Positions 27,694-39,683 of a DNA stretch of 64,000 nucleotides are shown here, one piece after another. How positions within the stretch are numbered: the stretch's first letter is position 1; each line of letters begins with the position of its first letter. This stretch comes from Gonapodya sp. JEL0774. Taxonomy: Eukaryota. Location of the stretch: the NCBI GenBank assembly GCA_027604505.1, contig JADIIX010000070.1:1-64000 (forward strand). Reading direction: 5' to 3'. The notes under the pieces were generated by a model, which worked only from the letters and a program-made list of their open reading frames with translations, was not told where the DNA came from and searched no databases. The position numbers were made by a program, and so were the translations under genes.

Positions 27694-30317
27694 TCAGCTC
27701 GATGACCCACTCCCACTCGGTCCCGCCGTGCCTGGCGGACTGGAAGATCCGGCGGGTCGGGCGTCCGTGTTGTACTTCTGTTGGCGTTAAACACAAATGG
27801 AGGCATTTTGTTTTGTTGACACGTTCAAGAACCCTTACTGATAATCAATGAGAGACCCACCCATCGATCCTCCAGCAGACCCTTCGCAGTGTCCTCCAGT
27901 ACCACCTCCCTTCGGCTCCCACAGTACACGCTCTTATCCTGCACGACCCGTTTCAGTTCGGCAATCTTATCCGCGTCCGTCTCAATCGGCTTCTCCATGA
28001 GCTCAGACAGCTGCTCAACCGCCATCTCTAAATCCCTTTGGTTGTCCTCAAACATGGCTGTTTGATTGTCTCGAGCGAGGTAATAAGCGAACGCGTACGT
28101 CCACTTGAGGGTCGTTCGGCACGAGACAACAACATCCACGGCTTTGCGAAGGAATTGCACTTCAATCCAGCTGAGGCTCGAATGGGCCAGCACTTCGGAC
28201 ATCTTCTTCTCCGTTTTGCTGTGGAGCTCCTGAGATAATTTGGCAGATTGTTCGTGGTTCGCGTATCGGTTATAGTACTGACGATTCACATGGTGATCGA
28301 GGGAGATATGTCGTGCAGGTGCGATGAATGGAGTGCGAATGATGGGGTAAATGTTGAGCAAAATGAAACAAAACGTGTAGGAGCGAACATCAGCATCGAC
28401 AAATCCCCATGGCAGATAAGCAACACTCCCGGTACGATTCTCTGCAATCTCACGTGCAAGTAGCGCTGCAGCGCCGCTCGAGACTTGGCCTGCTGATCCC
28501 TCGCCTCGATCGCCTCCTTCTCGTCGAAACGGTTGCAATTGTACCACTGGGAGCGTATTCAAGGAATGAGGTCCGGCGGTGAAAGGATCAAAGGTCGTGA
28601 GCTTCATAACTTAGTGTTGGCTTGCTTTGTCACCAAAGGCACGCGTACCTGAGTTCCGTGCTCTGACCATGGTCCTGCACATACCCAGCAGAACTCGTGT
28701 TTGCAGCGACGGCAAGTCATGTGATTGCAGCCGCCGTTCTGATTCAGATATGTACGAATTGAGATGAAAGGTTTGGTGAGCGTTTATTTGACACGAGGAA
28801 CACGTGAGAATGACCAATTGTTGAGTTCGGTCTGTCCTGTGTTATCCAACGACAAGAAAATGCAATCCTCAGCTTGCTCGAAGGGGATCGCTCTACTACC
28901 ATTACCAGGTTGCTCCCGCTCACTGCGATGCGAGTTCACAGACATCCCCACCATCCCCACCATCCTCACTCCCTGACCCACGCAAGCTCACCTTCTCAAT
29001 AGTACTTCCGCACTTCGTGCACTCCTTGGTATTCGCACTGATCCAATTACTAGTTTCCGAATCGTCCGCACATTTTTTCAACCACTTCTTCACCAACCAG
29101 CATGTGCACGGGGCGTGACCGGGTGCCAAACCACACCCAAAGCAGAATTGTGTGCCGCACAAGCACGTGACGGTGGGTACGACGGTGGGGAGTTGAGCGG
29201 GGGATATGTGGCATTCGATCGCGTATGTGCAATGGGGTGCGGGACACCAGCGGTGGAAGTCGGAGTCGTCGACAAACGTGCGGAGCAGGAGGTCCTTGTA
29301 TCTGGGAGGTTGGGAATTTGATACTTTATATTTGATGCCCGGCTAGCACTCCAACCTCTGAGTAAACTCACTTCTCCAACACCGCCTTATCCACACACTG
29401 CTCCACGGTTTTCTCATCCACAATTACTCCACAACCCTTTTGCATGCACTGAATCCTTCGACTTTCTCCCTCCTGTCTCACTTTCGTTGTAAGGTATTGG
29501 CCGTAACACCCTGTGCAAAATCTATGCCCACAACTCAAAGCGATTGACAGCAAGTCCGGTTCGTCTGCACAGCAGACATCACACGCGAATCCAGGAACGG
29601 TGATGGGACGGGGTTGTTTGGCGGAGTCAAGGATGACGCCAGCCGCGATGGCGGTGGCGGCAGGGTCTGCGAAGTATCGGTCGATGAGCCGTTCTTTGTT
29701 CCAGCGGAAATAGCGAAGCAGGGTTGCGGCGTGTTGCGGGGCGGTACCGAGGAGGCCGGCGACCTGAAGGGGGGGGAGGTGGAGGGTGGGGGCGGTGCCG
29801 GTGGGTAAACGTTTTAGATGAACGCCTCCAGTTTCACACGAAAACAAGGCCGCACGAAAAACTTTTCTGCTCGTGTAACCCATGCGACCCGTTATGGACT
29901 GTCTGTCGTGAAACCCACCTGATCTGCTTCATCTTTCTGTACTTTTATAATGTCCTCGACCTTATGTACCGTGAACTCCACCTCGTGAACTTTCCGTCGA
30001 TCCTTCTCCGCCACGACGGGCGAAAACACTCCAGAATTGCCCATGTCCAGGTCGTCGTCATCGTACTCTCCATCGTCTTCCTGATCGTCGAAGTCATCAT
30101 CACCATAGTCGTTCAGGTCCTCATCGCCGTCTGAGTCCTGTGTTGGGGATTTGGGTGATTTTGGGGTAAATCTTGAGGAGGATGTGGCTTGCGAAGCGGT
30201 TTTCTTGAGGGGCGCAGGAGCAGACGAGTTGGAAACGGAGCCTTGGCCAGACGTTGCGATCGGGGAAGGCTTAGACTTCGAGCGAGTGTTGGAATCAGAC
30301 TCATCCATATCGCTCAT
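27694..30317 (-). CDS. ARIH1: Ariadne-family RBR E3 ubiquitin ligase (ARIH1/Hel1)
   Basis: Acidic N-terminus, [20 protein letters not shown]1 [65 protein letters not shown], Ariadne domain [28 protein letters not shown]. Confidence 0.95.
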
Positions 30318-30977
30318 TTTACGTTTTGTTGGAGAGGAGGTCGTTGTTGCGAGATACGTGTGGGGCCTGGGGTGGTTTGCTGTGGAAAGTGGGTTCAAAT
30401 GATAGAGGGCAGGCGAAGGGTCGTTGGCCAGTATAGACCGCCCAGGGCAGAATGAATAAGAGGCAGATGCGAAATTCGAGGGGCGAGAAAGGGGCGAGAT
30501 TGGGTGCGTTTCCAGCAAGGTATTTGGGGCCAGTGTAAGTGAAACGAAGCATGAAGAAGGGTTAAGCGTCAGCACGAGAGCGAGCACAGCAAGAGCACGA
30601 GAAGAATATGGGATGCAGTGTCACACTTTCTCGGTCGTCACGGCTCTGGCTCTGACTGCCGATCCTGAAATCCGAGTTAGTTCCAGTTCAACCAGCTACA
30701 AGTCCGGGCGGACTCGGAGTTTCGACAGAAAAGGAATCAATACTAATTCAAGAGAGCGGCAGAAAACAAACCTTTGGAAGGGGGATTTGTGAGCTATTTG
30801 AATTTGATAATCAACCACTGGTATGAAATGGGCGAGTCACCCTCCGAAGCGGCAACTGCACACCACAAGCAGAGCTAGGGGAACAGTGTGAAATCAGGAA
30901 AGGACGGATTCGGGAATTCAAGAGCTGGCTCTCAACTACTTGTTTCTGCTATACTGATCCACTAAAATTCGAGAAGT

Positions 30978-32311
30978 ATGCAAGGACTACAAGAGTGGGG
31001 TGAGTTCTTCAGAACCAGAGCTTTACTGAGACTAATGTAGAGCAAGAACATGGGGGAGCTCAAACTAATCTTGGATCGCTGGTTCTACTTATGTATTGCA
31101 AGCTGCGAAAAAGGCTGGGATCCCTTTAGACGAAGCGTTTGTCATCGACGAAAAGCCGTCTGTGTACTCGATCATTGGTCACGATGCCTTTGTGAGGTGA
31201 GAACTGACACGGCGGACTGGCAGAAGGTCGGACATGATGTCTTTTTCAATCATCAGCTGATGACGATGTGAGGTGGAAATGGCGGAGACTTTCCCATTTG
31301 GATGTAGGGGGGTTCTGAAACCTTCGCAGGTCACACGTGGAAGAGTTGTGGAATGCATATTGTTGTCGGATTTCGGTGTGGTTTATTTTGGAGAGGTGAT
31401 GCAAATGCGACTCCCTCGCGATGGCAGTGGGATGTGAGAAGACTCATCGACAAACTCACTCCGCTACTACCTACTGACCGACTCCTGCTGTTCTGCCGTC
31501 TCTCCGCTTTGTTTGACCATCCTTCACTCGCAATTCGCACATCACTTGCCATAACCACATCGAAGACTCTCCACAGAGTTCTACAACCGCGTTTATGCAG
31601 ACGATGAGGAGCCATGGTTTAGGTGCGTTCAAGTTCATGATCCCGATTCAATAGAATTCATGGCAGTCGACGAAGTCTTGAAAGCAAGGTTGAAAGAATC
31701 TTAAAAATGAAAGATGGAGTTTGTGAGTCGACAGGCCCTAGTGTGCTCGTTCAGGTCGTGACTGCGAACCAATGTGATCAATTGGGACACGTCATAATCG
31801 AAATACGTACTCATTTGCAACCCTGATCATTTTTTGCAGGGACATCTTTTCCCCAATAGCGAAAGAGGATGCAATCCACAATCAGTACGAGTGTGGGTGT
31901 TTTTATGGAATGCTGCTGGTGCTCCAAACTTCCTTTCGCTGATCATTTACTCCCTCTTCATCCATTCTTCCCACAGTCTTTATCCAACGGATGGGTGGTC
32001 CGCCTCTTTTTTCCCGCCGTAAGGGCCACCCAGCCCTCATTGGCAGGCACGCCCCCTTTACAGTAACACCACGCGCCGCTGAAAGGTGGCTGTTTCACAT
32101 GAGCGCAGCACTTGATGCGGTGGAAGGGCCTGTCGTCCCTGCGCGTGCCACCGGGGAAACGGTAGAGACTCGTGATGGGTCCGCAACCGAGCAGGCAGGG
32201 AGCCTACCGTGCATCGACCGGGCGAGTAGAGAGCGAATGTGGAAGTTTTTGCAGCACACGGCATGGTTTATTACGGGAGCACAGGAATCGAGAAGGGGGG
32301 GTTTATCGTAG
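30978..32311 (+). CDS. GLB3: Group II truncated (2/2) hemoglobin, plant GLB3-like, 5 exons
   Basis: Spliced: [127 protein letters not shown]. Confidence 0.92.
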
Positions 32312-32824
32312 AGTTGTTTCTGGAATGGCTGGTCGACTTGAGATCCAGGTAGCGACTGGCAGAACTTTACATATAGAGTGGACGAGTAGCATGTTTGCAA
32401 AATAGATCTTTGGCTTTATGCGCATCGGAACGACCAGATTTGGAGCAGTGGCTTTGCAGATGACAGGAGATAGTCAGAAATCGCGGCGATCATTTATTCA
32501 AAACGGACCTATCATCCGGACCGGGAATGGTTTGTTGCAAACGTAGTATCTCCTCGTTGGCTCGTTGAATCAGAGCTTCGATTTTTTTTTTATATACCTA
32601 TTTCCGCAATTGATGGTTGTTGAATGCTGTTAACGAGAAGCAAGGCCGCATCAAGTACCTGACGGTTTTTGAACTTGAACGACTTCAAGTGAGATTTTCT
32701 TGTCCTCCCAGTACTTTTTGTAGTACTATTGTAGCCCGGATATCGAATTTCCCATCATAGTACCTTGCCACATCAGACTGAGAACTAAGTTTCCTAGTTT
32801 CAATAAGTTCACCAGTCACAACAC

Positions 32825-34956
32825 TTACCCATTAGGGCATGATCTTTCTGTTTCGCAAATATAGTTCTCGTGGTATTCCGTTGGATGCGTGGCTTTCTTT
32901 CTGCATGAATGCGGCACTTGTTGCAAGCGTGATCCTCCAATTGTCCCAACGTTTCTTGCACCGCACAGCCAACAGATCGGTGGATGCAGTAAACTTTTAA
33001 CTAATTCAGCCATTGGATGGCAGTATGGTTGCATTATTACTGACAGACCATCTCTCATCTCACTTACAGCGTTCTTCATCAAAAGTAACTATCATGTTCT
33101 CTCGCAGTCTTGATCAAACATGATGCTCTGTTGAGAATGTGGGGTTCAAGGGCACCCATCCAATGGCTTCGTAGCGGAATCTCAGCCCGGTCACGACCAT
33201 TAAAGGAGTTGCGATGGACTCGGTTGCCGTCCTCAAACCTGGTGTCGAAGCAAGTGACTTGATGACCTGTGGGATTCCACCAACTCTCCTGAGCTCCCCT
33301 CACCACCACGTGCCCCTTCTCTAGCTCGCTGTCTGAACACAAAGGCAAGAAAAGCGTAGGGATCGCTGATTTCCACGGCTCCACTGACAAATTGATCAAC
33401 CCTGTTCAGTGGCACTGTGTTGACAAAGCCCTGTTCCCCAAGTATACGGAGGGTCTGAAGAAAACAAAAAAATTACACGTATATCCATGAATCTGCAGCG
33501 GAATGGCGTCGCTCTTGATCAGGATATCAAACGCGTGGTCATTGAGCAACACACGATAGCTCCCGCGAGGCAAACGAGGGGATCGATCCGTGGTTGTGTC
33601 CGAGCGTGTGAGATTCAGGATTATCGGGAAATTTGCATGTGATTAGTGAGAGTACCACCCTTTCTACACGTTCACTACTACAAATGAGCTTCGGGCTTGT
33701 CTGATGGTTGCTTGTGAATTCGACACTCATGCAACCCACTTATTTAGACGTAGTGCTTACCAGAGGAACGATTAACCATGTTCATTTTGACACCCTGAAA
33801 AGCGCACGTTGTGAAAACCATGTGGAAACGATCCACCACCTGCGACGTTTAACGACAGCCGGCTAAAAGCATGTACCCTAGGTGACCGTGTGTATTCATC
33901 TCTAACTATTTGCAACATGAGTACGATCGCCACTCTCTTCCACAGCAAGCCAGTTATCGCTGCTGTTGGATTGTGGGCGACGTGGGCAACGTGGGCGACG
34001 GAACTCAATCCAACTCTGGCGGTGCAAGACTCCTTGGGTTCGACACCAAAAGAGTCTACCCAACTTCGGCAAACTCGCCGACCAAGCGGCGTGAGCAACA
34101 GTTCCGACATATCACATAAAGTTCCAAAAGCGCAGAGACCCTCCCATTGTGTGGGGCCGAGCACGAACAACCGAAAGTGACGAGTTACATGAAAATCAAA
34201 ACGACCGTGAGATTGATCTGGACCCGAGATTGATGAACTACCCACCCGATTCGAACACACGACCGACGCCACCTCGTTACACCCGCGGACGTTGATGTTG
34301 CGCCGGTAAGCAATACGACTTTGAGTTTCGTACGAGTTCGAACACTTATAAAAGGGAATGGGGACAACAATAAGCAATAGCACTTCGGGTTTCGAAAGAG
34401 TGCAAGTACCCACACAATTCCATCCCACGACGGACGTCATCTCGCCACACCAGCGGACGTTGCTGCTGCGACAGGTAAGCAATAGCACTTCGGTTTGATA
34501 CGAGTGCGATCATTAAGGCACAGGAATGGAAACGTCCATTAGTAGCTGTTCCCCAAGGCTTTATGCCCTTCAAACCCTCACCTTCCCATGGTGTTCAGCA
34601 TTCTCAGAGTTTCGCTTCTTGTGTTGAACTACTCTTCGACCCAGGTCCCCTCGCTCGCACCACCTAGACCTCCTTAGCGTCTTCATCCAATTCCTCGTCG
34701 TCGTCTTCATCATCTCGGCGTCCTACTTCCCGTCCAGATTCCCAGCTCTCCACTCTCGACCAACAGATGCCAGAACGGTCACGGGCGCACTCGACGCTGT
34801 CGAATCCTTGATTCTTGCCCGAGCTTCGACAGCTGCCTTCCTCTTTGGCCTTGGAGCGTCCGCTGGTCCGGTGCCATGTTCCGCACCGCCAGTGCCGGTC
34901 TTGGAGTGACACGACCGAGTCGCCGGGGAAGTTTCAGAGATTCTTTTGGGAGCCAT
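32825..34956 (-). pseudogene. Disrupted gene relic(s): basic/acidic N-terminus, LRR-like repeats and CxxC pairs broken by stops and frameshifts
   Basis: MAPKRISE..PKRKAAVEAR shifts frame into DDEDDDEELDED. Three imperfect repeats at 34308-34510 read (P)EVLLL / LKVVLLTG in different frames. CWLC and CNKC lie in different frames near 32900-32980. Confidence 0.35.
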
Positions 34957-34967
34957 TTCAGGTAAGA

Positions 34968-35032
34968 ATTTCGCTGTATCGATTTTCCGCTTTATCGATT
35001 TTTCGCTTTATCGATTTTTCGCTTTATCGATA
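34968..35032. repeat. Tandem 16-bp repeat TTTTCGCTTTATCGAT, about 4 copies
   Basis: Directly visible. Each unit carries the palindrome ATCGAT, and the last reads TATCGATA. Confidence 0.9.
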
Positions 35033-36859
35033 TTTTGCTTAGAGAAACGGCGACAGATTGACGCCCTCTGGGGACCTCTTTGATATGCACTCGAATTACT
35101 GTGCAGGGAAACCACACCCTTCCATGGTTTTCTTAGTATTTCTTAGGTACTTTGCTTCGTGTCACGCCAGAGAGCCAGACTATCATTATCAGATTCAATA
35201 GAGCCAAAGTTCTATTAACCATGTGCCCGTGAAGGGGTGGTGGTTTCTTACGGGATTTCGTCCACTTGAGAAGGAACTTTTCAACTTTGCTCAACTCTTT
35301 CCGCGGCAGCGCTGGAAAACCCATGCGGGTGCCGGGAAGATGAAGAAGCCACACTGAAGAATAAAAACGGGGATGGCTTCCAATTCCTTTCTTCCTCCCA
35401 TTCTCTTGACCACGCAAAGAAATAAGCAAACAATACACGAAGAAGCCACAGCAAACATGTTCGAAATTGATTGGAGGCCCTCTCACGCAAGTTGAAGGCA
35501 CACCGAAAGACCACGGCGGGCCTGAGGATGGGCAAGAGGCAAATGAGCAAAAACGTTGGGACTGAGTTAAAACGTCCTGAATCCTATCGACGCTGCTTTT
35601 TCCAATTTGACGCCACCCTCGAGTAAATTGCTTTGAGTCAACATTAGAGACGGAGGGAAAGGACGGAGGGGTTAAAGAAAGACCCTCTGATGTTGCATGT
35701 CTTGGTATATAGGGGCGAAGTCAGCGTTTCGAAGTACTTGAAGGTTTCAATCGGCAGCAACTGACAGTTTGTGCGGTGGTACACAAGCGGAGTAGATGTC
35801 GAGTGCGATCGGAAAGGAAACATCGGTTCCATCAGGGCATCAGTCCTCGCCGGTGGAGCATAAGCACAAATCACACTCCCGGAAAACGACTGATGCACTG
35901 AAGAAGCTGAAGAAGTGACAAAGGTCTGTCAGCGGAGCTTGTCTGCGACTTGTAAAGCACAGAAGGGACATCCCGTTAAGGATGCTGTCTCCTCAACAAA
36001 CGCACGTGTTCAAAGATCCTGAATCCAGGAATGCAATTATTTCTGCATCCGTGATCTTGCTACCATATAACCTCCTGAAGCAACATGATTGCCAATGTGA
36101 AAGTATCTATCGGGGTGGGAAGGAATCTGAGTGTGAAAGAGTTTAATGACGTGGAATCCAACATCCGAACAGCAGCGTAACCAATAAAACAACATACTGG
36201 TACAGCAAACGGAAGGTTTCAGGCTATCTCGATTTGGCTCGCTCGCGATTTCTTGAGGTTGAGGGTGGCGCGTTTGGTGTACGATCACCGTGACAAGATG
36301 TTATTGCTCAAGTCCTGTATCTAGATCCTCCGACTACATGCAGCGAGATGAAGATGCTCCCCTTTTTAAACGAGATATTGCCATGCATATGAGATACTGC
36401 GACCATGCTTCCTCCTGCAAAGATCCGCCTGCGACTTGTTGACTAAGGGCATTCGACTCCTTTGTTGAATGGCAAGAAAAAAATAATCAGTTGCGGGATC
36501 AGTAGCACGATAGAGCACAGCTAATTGTATTTCACGTAGGAAAGCCTACATCACTTTTTACGTTTCCTTCCCAGCAGCGTCCCGAATCAGCTGTACCGAT
36601 AACGATACGACAAGAAACTCAAGAGGCCAGGAAGTAGCAATTCAGTGGGTGATTTTCTTCATGGAAAGCGGTGGGACTCGCTGAACCGATGGAATCAGCC
36701 TTATAACCAGCTTCTCATTCTTTTGTGGGTGTACTCGTCTGGGTCGCACGGACAAATCTTTGGTTGCGATTTTACTCGCTTCTTGATCGAGCTGTTTAGA
36801 AGTCATTTATGTCCCGCTCAGATGAGTTCAGAGAAATTAGAGTATACACTATTTATAGA

Positions 36860-39298
36860 TTAGCGTTTTAGTGCGACTTCTGTTCCTTCCTCCACATTAT
36901 CCAACAACCCAACGTTGCCCTCAATCTTCGGTGGGACAATACTTTCTCGTCGTCGGATCCACTCAGACTGCGAGGATCTGGCTTCTGTACCCCACACCAC
37001 GACTGCCACGCACAGGGTCGATGAGAGGACTGCGACGCACACAATGGCGGTAAAAAACCAACCCAGCCCCCAATTGCCAAGGAGGTTGATGGACCACAAG
37101 GGTGCCGAAGCGGCTACACCGGTTTTGACCTGGTTTGGTTGAATAGTATGAGCACAAGCAAAATCGATGAGGTTTGGGAGGTGAGCTGAGCTCAGAAACA
37201 CAGACTGACCATTTGTATGAGGGCACTGATCGCAGATGCTCGCGTTGTGAAGACTAGTTGTCATCATGGAATGTTCCAGAAGTCACCCCCACAGTTTTCA
37301 GTGAGGTACTGAAAATGAAACTCACTGTCAACCAGATATACCGTCGTGACGTTGTTCACAACCATGAAGCCAAGTCCAGCAAGTACCAAGCTGAGGAGCG
37401 GAACCACAAAGTGTACCTTTGCTTGCACACTCCACCCCACACCGAGGACGCCGAGGGAAAATGGAATCATAGCGAAAGGGATTACACGCAGACGATCTTC
37501 AGGACGGTGAACGCCATTGTTTCGGAGCGCTGACCTGCGGATCTCTCGGTCGGAGAGGTAGCCGCCCAGTTGTGCCCCTGATCATAGCGGAGAAAAACAC
37601 AAACCGACACTCTGATATCGACCATCGCAAGTTACACTCCAAAGTGTTCACTGACCGGAGAATTGTCCAATGGCGAATGGCAGATATGCGAGACCTACAA
37701 TCGTCTCGTTAAACCCGTAGTTTTGACTCCATTCGGAGGGTGCATAGGTCAGCCTGAGTACCACGCAACAGGTGAGAAATAAAGGAGGGTATATCATTAG
37801 TAGCGCTAGCAGGTCAGCAGACGCACCATGACCTGACAGAGCACACGTGTGCAAGATTTTTGAGAATGGATTCCGTGGCAAGATGGTTGAAAATGAAGAA
37901 GACGAATAAGGAACACACACAAAACTTTGACATATGAAAGTAACGTCCAAACGCAGTCAAAAATCACGTACCAGAAGTAAATCGTCACACATGTTGCACA
38001 TATAATGGTGCCAGTAACGAACCAATACCCCAGAAAGCGTAGACTGGAAAGTGGGTTGTATTTGCTCTCCAAAAAGCGACCAAGTTGCGCACGAAAATCA
38101 GAGGCTCTGGGATCTGTCGCAGGAGGTGCCGAGCTCGCCGTTGAGAATCGAGTGCGGATGGTCTCGGGCACCAACAGCAATATGACCAGCATTCCCAAGG
38201 CACCCAGAGCAAGTAGGAAGGCAAAGGTGGCCCGCCAACCGATGGTCGCTCCGATGACACCACCTGCCGTGCAGTCAGAACCCACAGGTGGATGGTGAGT
38301 AAGAAAATGTGTTGCTTCGGGCCGACTTACCGAGCGGTGGGCCTAGTATGGGGCCAATTATGCCTCCACTTTGAAAGTATCCGAGCGCCCTTCCCCGTTG
38401 AGATATCTCAAACAGGTCTGATATTGTCCCGGCTCCAACAATCCATACAGCACAGGCGGATGCCCCTTGTAGAGCGCGACCGAAAATGAGGATATTAATA
38501 GTGGTAGATTGCCAGCATATGACACAGGAGCAAATGAAGATGGTCCAACTAGTGTGGACCTGAGATTACAATGGTGGTCCAAGAGTCGACACTGGGGAGC
38601 CGACCCACCTGCAGAAATAAACTCGCTTTCGTCCACCATTATCTCCCATCACACTCCAGAGCGTCGGTGCGAATCCAAAGCACCATGCCCAGACCGAAAT
38701 AGTCAAATTCACCAAAAACGTGGTGGTTCCAAAATCTGCTTGGACTTGAAGGAGCGATGGCGCCTGGTGATGACCAAGTACAATTGCAACCAGGGAATTC
38801 AAAGCTATCAAGACCTCTCACTCTCACATATATGTGCTGGCCTAGCGCGCCAATTAAAGAACAGCCGCTCAAAGCTGCAGCGATGGCAATCTTTTTCCTC
38901 TGTGAGTAGTTTCTAGGATCGGATTCGGGCGGAACTCCCCATGTAAGAGCTTTGATAGTCTTGAGTATGGTTCGCTGGTTATCGAGTGAGTGCAATTGCG
39001 GTTGAGTGGTGCAAAGGAAGAAACGCAGGAGTGCGATTGACCGGAAGCAATTTTGAAAGGCATGAGAGGTTAAGCATCTGCCGCCAGACCATTTATGGGT
39101 CAAAAGCTATACCATAACGACACTCACTGGTGATTTTCTTCTCGTTGCAGCGATCTCCCCAGTCTCTTTGAGGTCCAGAACAACTTCGGAAGCTGCAACT
39201 CCATCGACGGCTTCTTCCACTGGAGTAGACGCCAAAGACGGCGAGCGCGCATGAGCGGCCAGACTCTCTGACGAGGTCTCAACGTTTCCCGTTGCCAT
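36860..39298 (-). CDS. MFS transporter, drug:H+ antiporter DHA1-like
   Basis: DPRNYSQRKKIAIA, LWSVMGDNGGRKRVY, GGVIGATIGWRATFAFL..LLVPET, YGFNETIVGLAYLP, TTVYLVD. Multiple introns and TM helices. Confidence 0.9.
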
Positions 39299-39683
39299 CG
39301 AAGATGGAACTGCTGGATTTTTGCTCCCGGTTGAGGCCACAGATACAATGTTATTGAAGCCGAATAGATCCCCATTTACACCCGAACAACATAGAAGTAT
39401 TTCGTTTAATGAGTGCTTTTGAGTCCAAATGAAGTCCCTCGTTGGTTGAACGGGACGCACTAGAGGTCACCCCTTGCTTCAAACCGAATCGTCGCGATAA
39501 TCTGAGCATCACAGTGACTCAACAACGTTCTCTTTGGAGGACACCAGCGGGCTTGACTGACGGGTTTGTGTGGGTTTGTGTGGGTTTCACCACCTAGTGG
39601 GCTCGTGTGCGGTTTGCAACCAAACTAATAATTACTGCCCTCGATTTGGATACGCCGCTGAGCGCTTAACTTACTGGCAGCAT

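Noticed and set aside
33973..34000. GTGGGC(G/A)AC x3, and GGGTTTGTGT x2.5 at ~39562
   Set aside because: Very short slippage repeats, not telomeric arrays.
34968..35032. CRISPR-like array
   Set aside because: Head-to-tail repeats without spacers, no cas genes, eukaryotic context.
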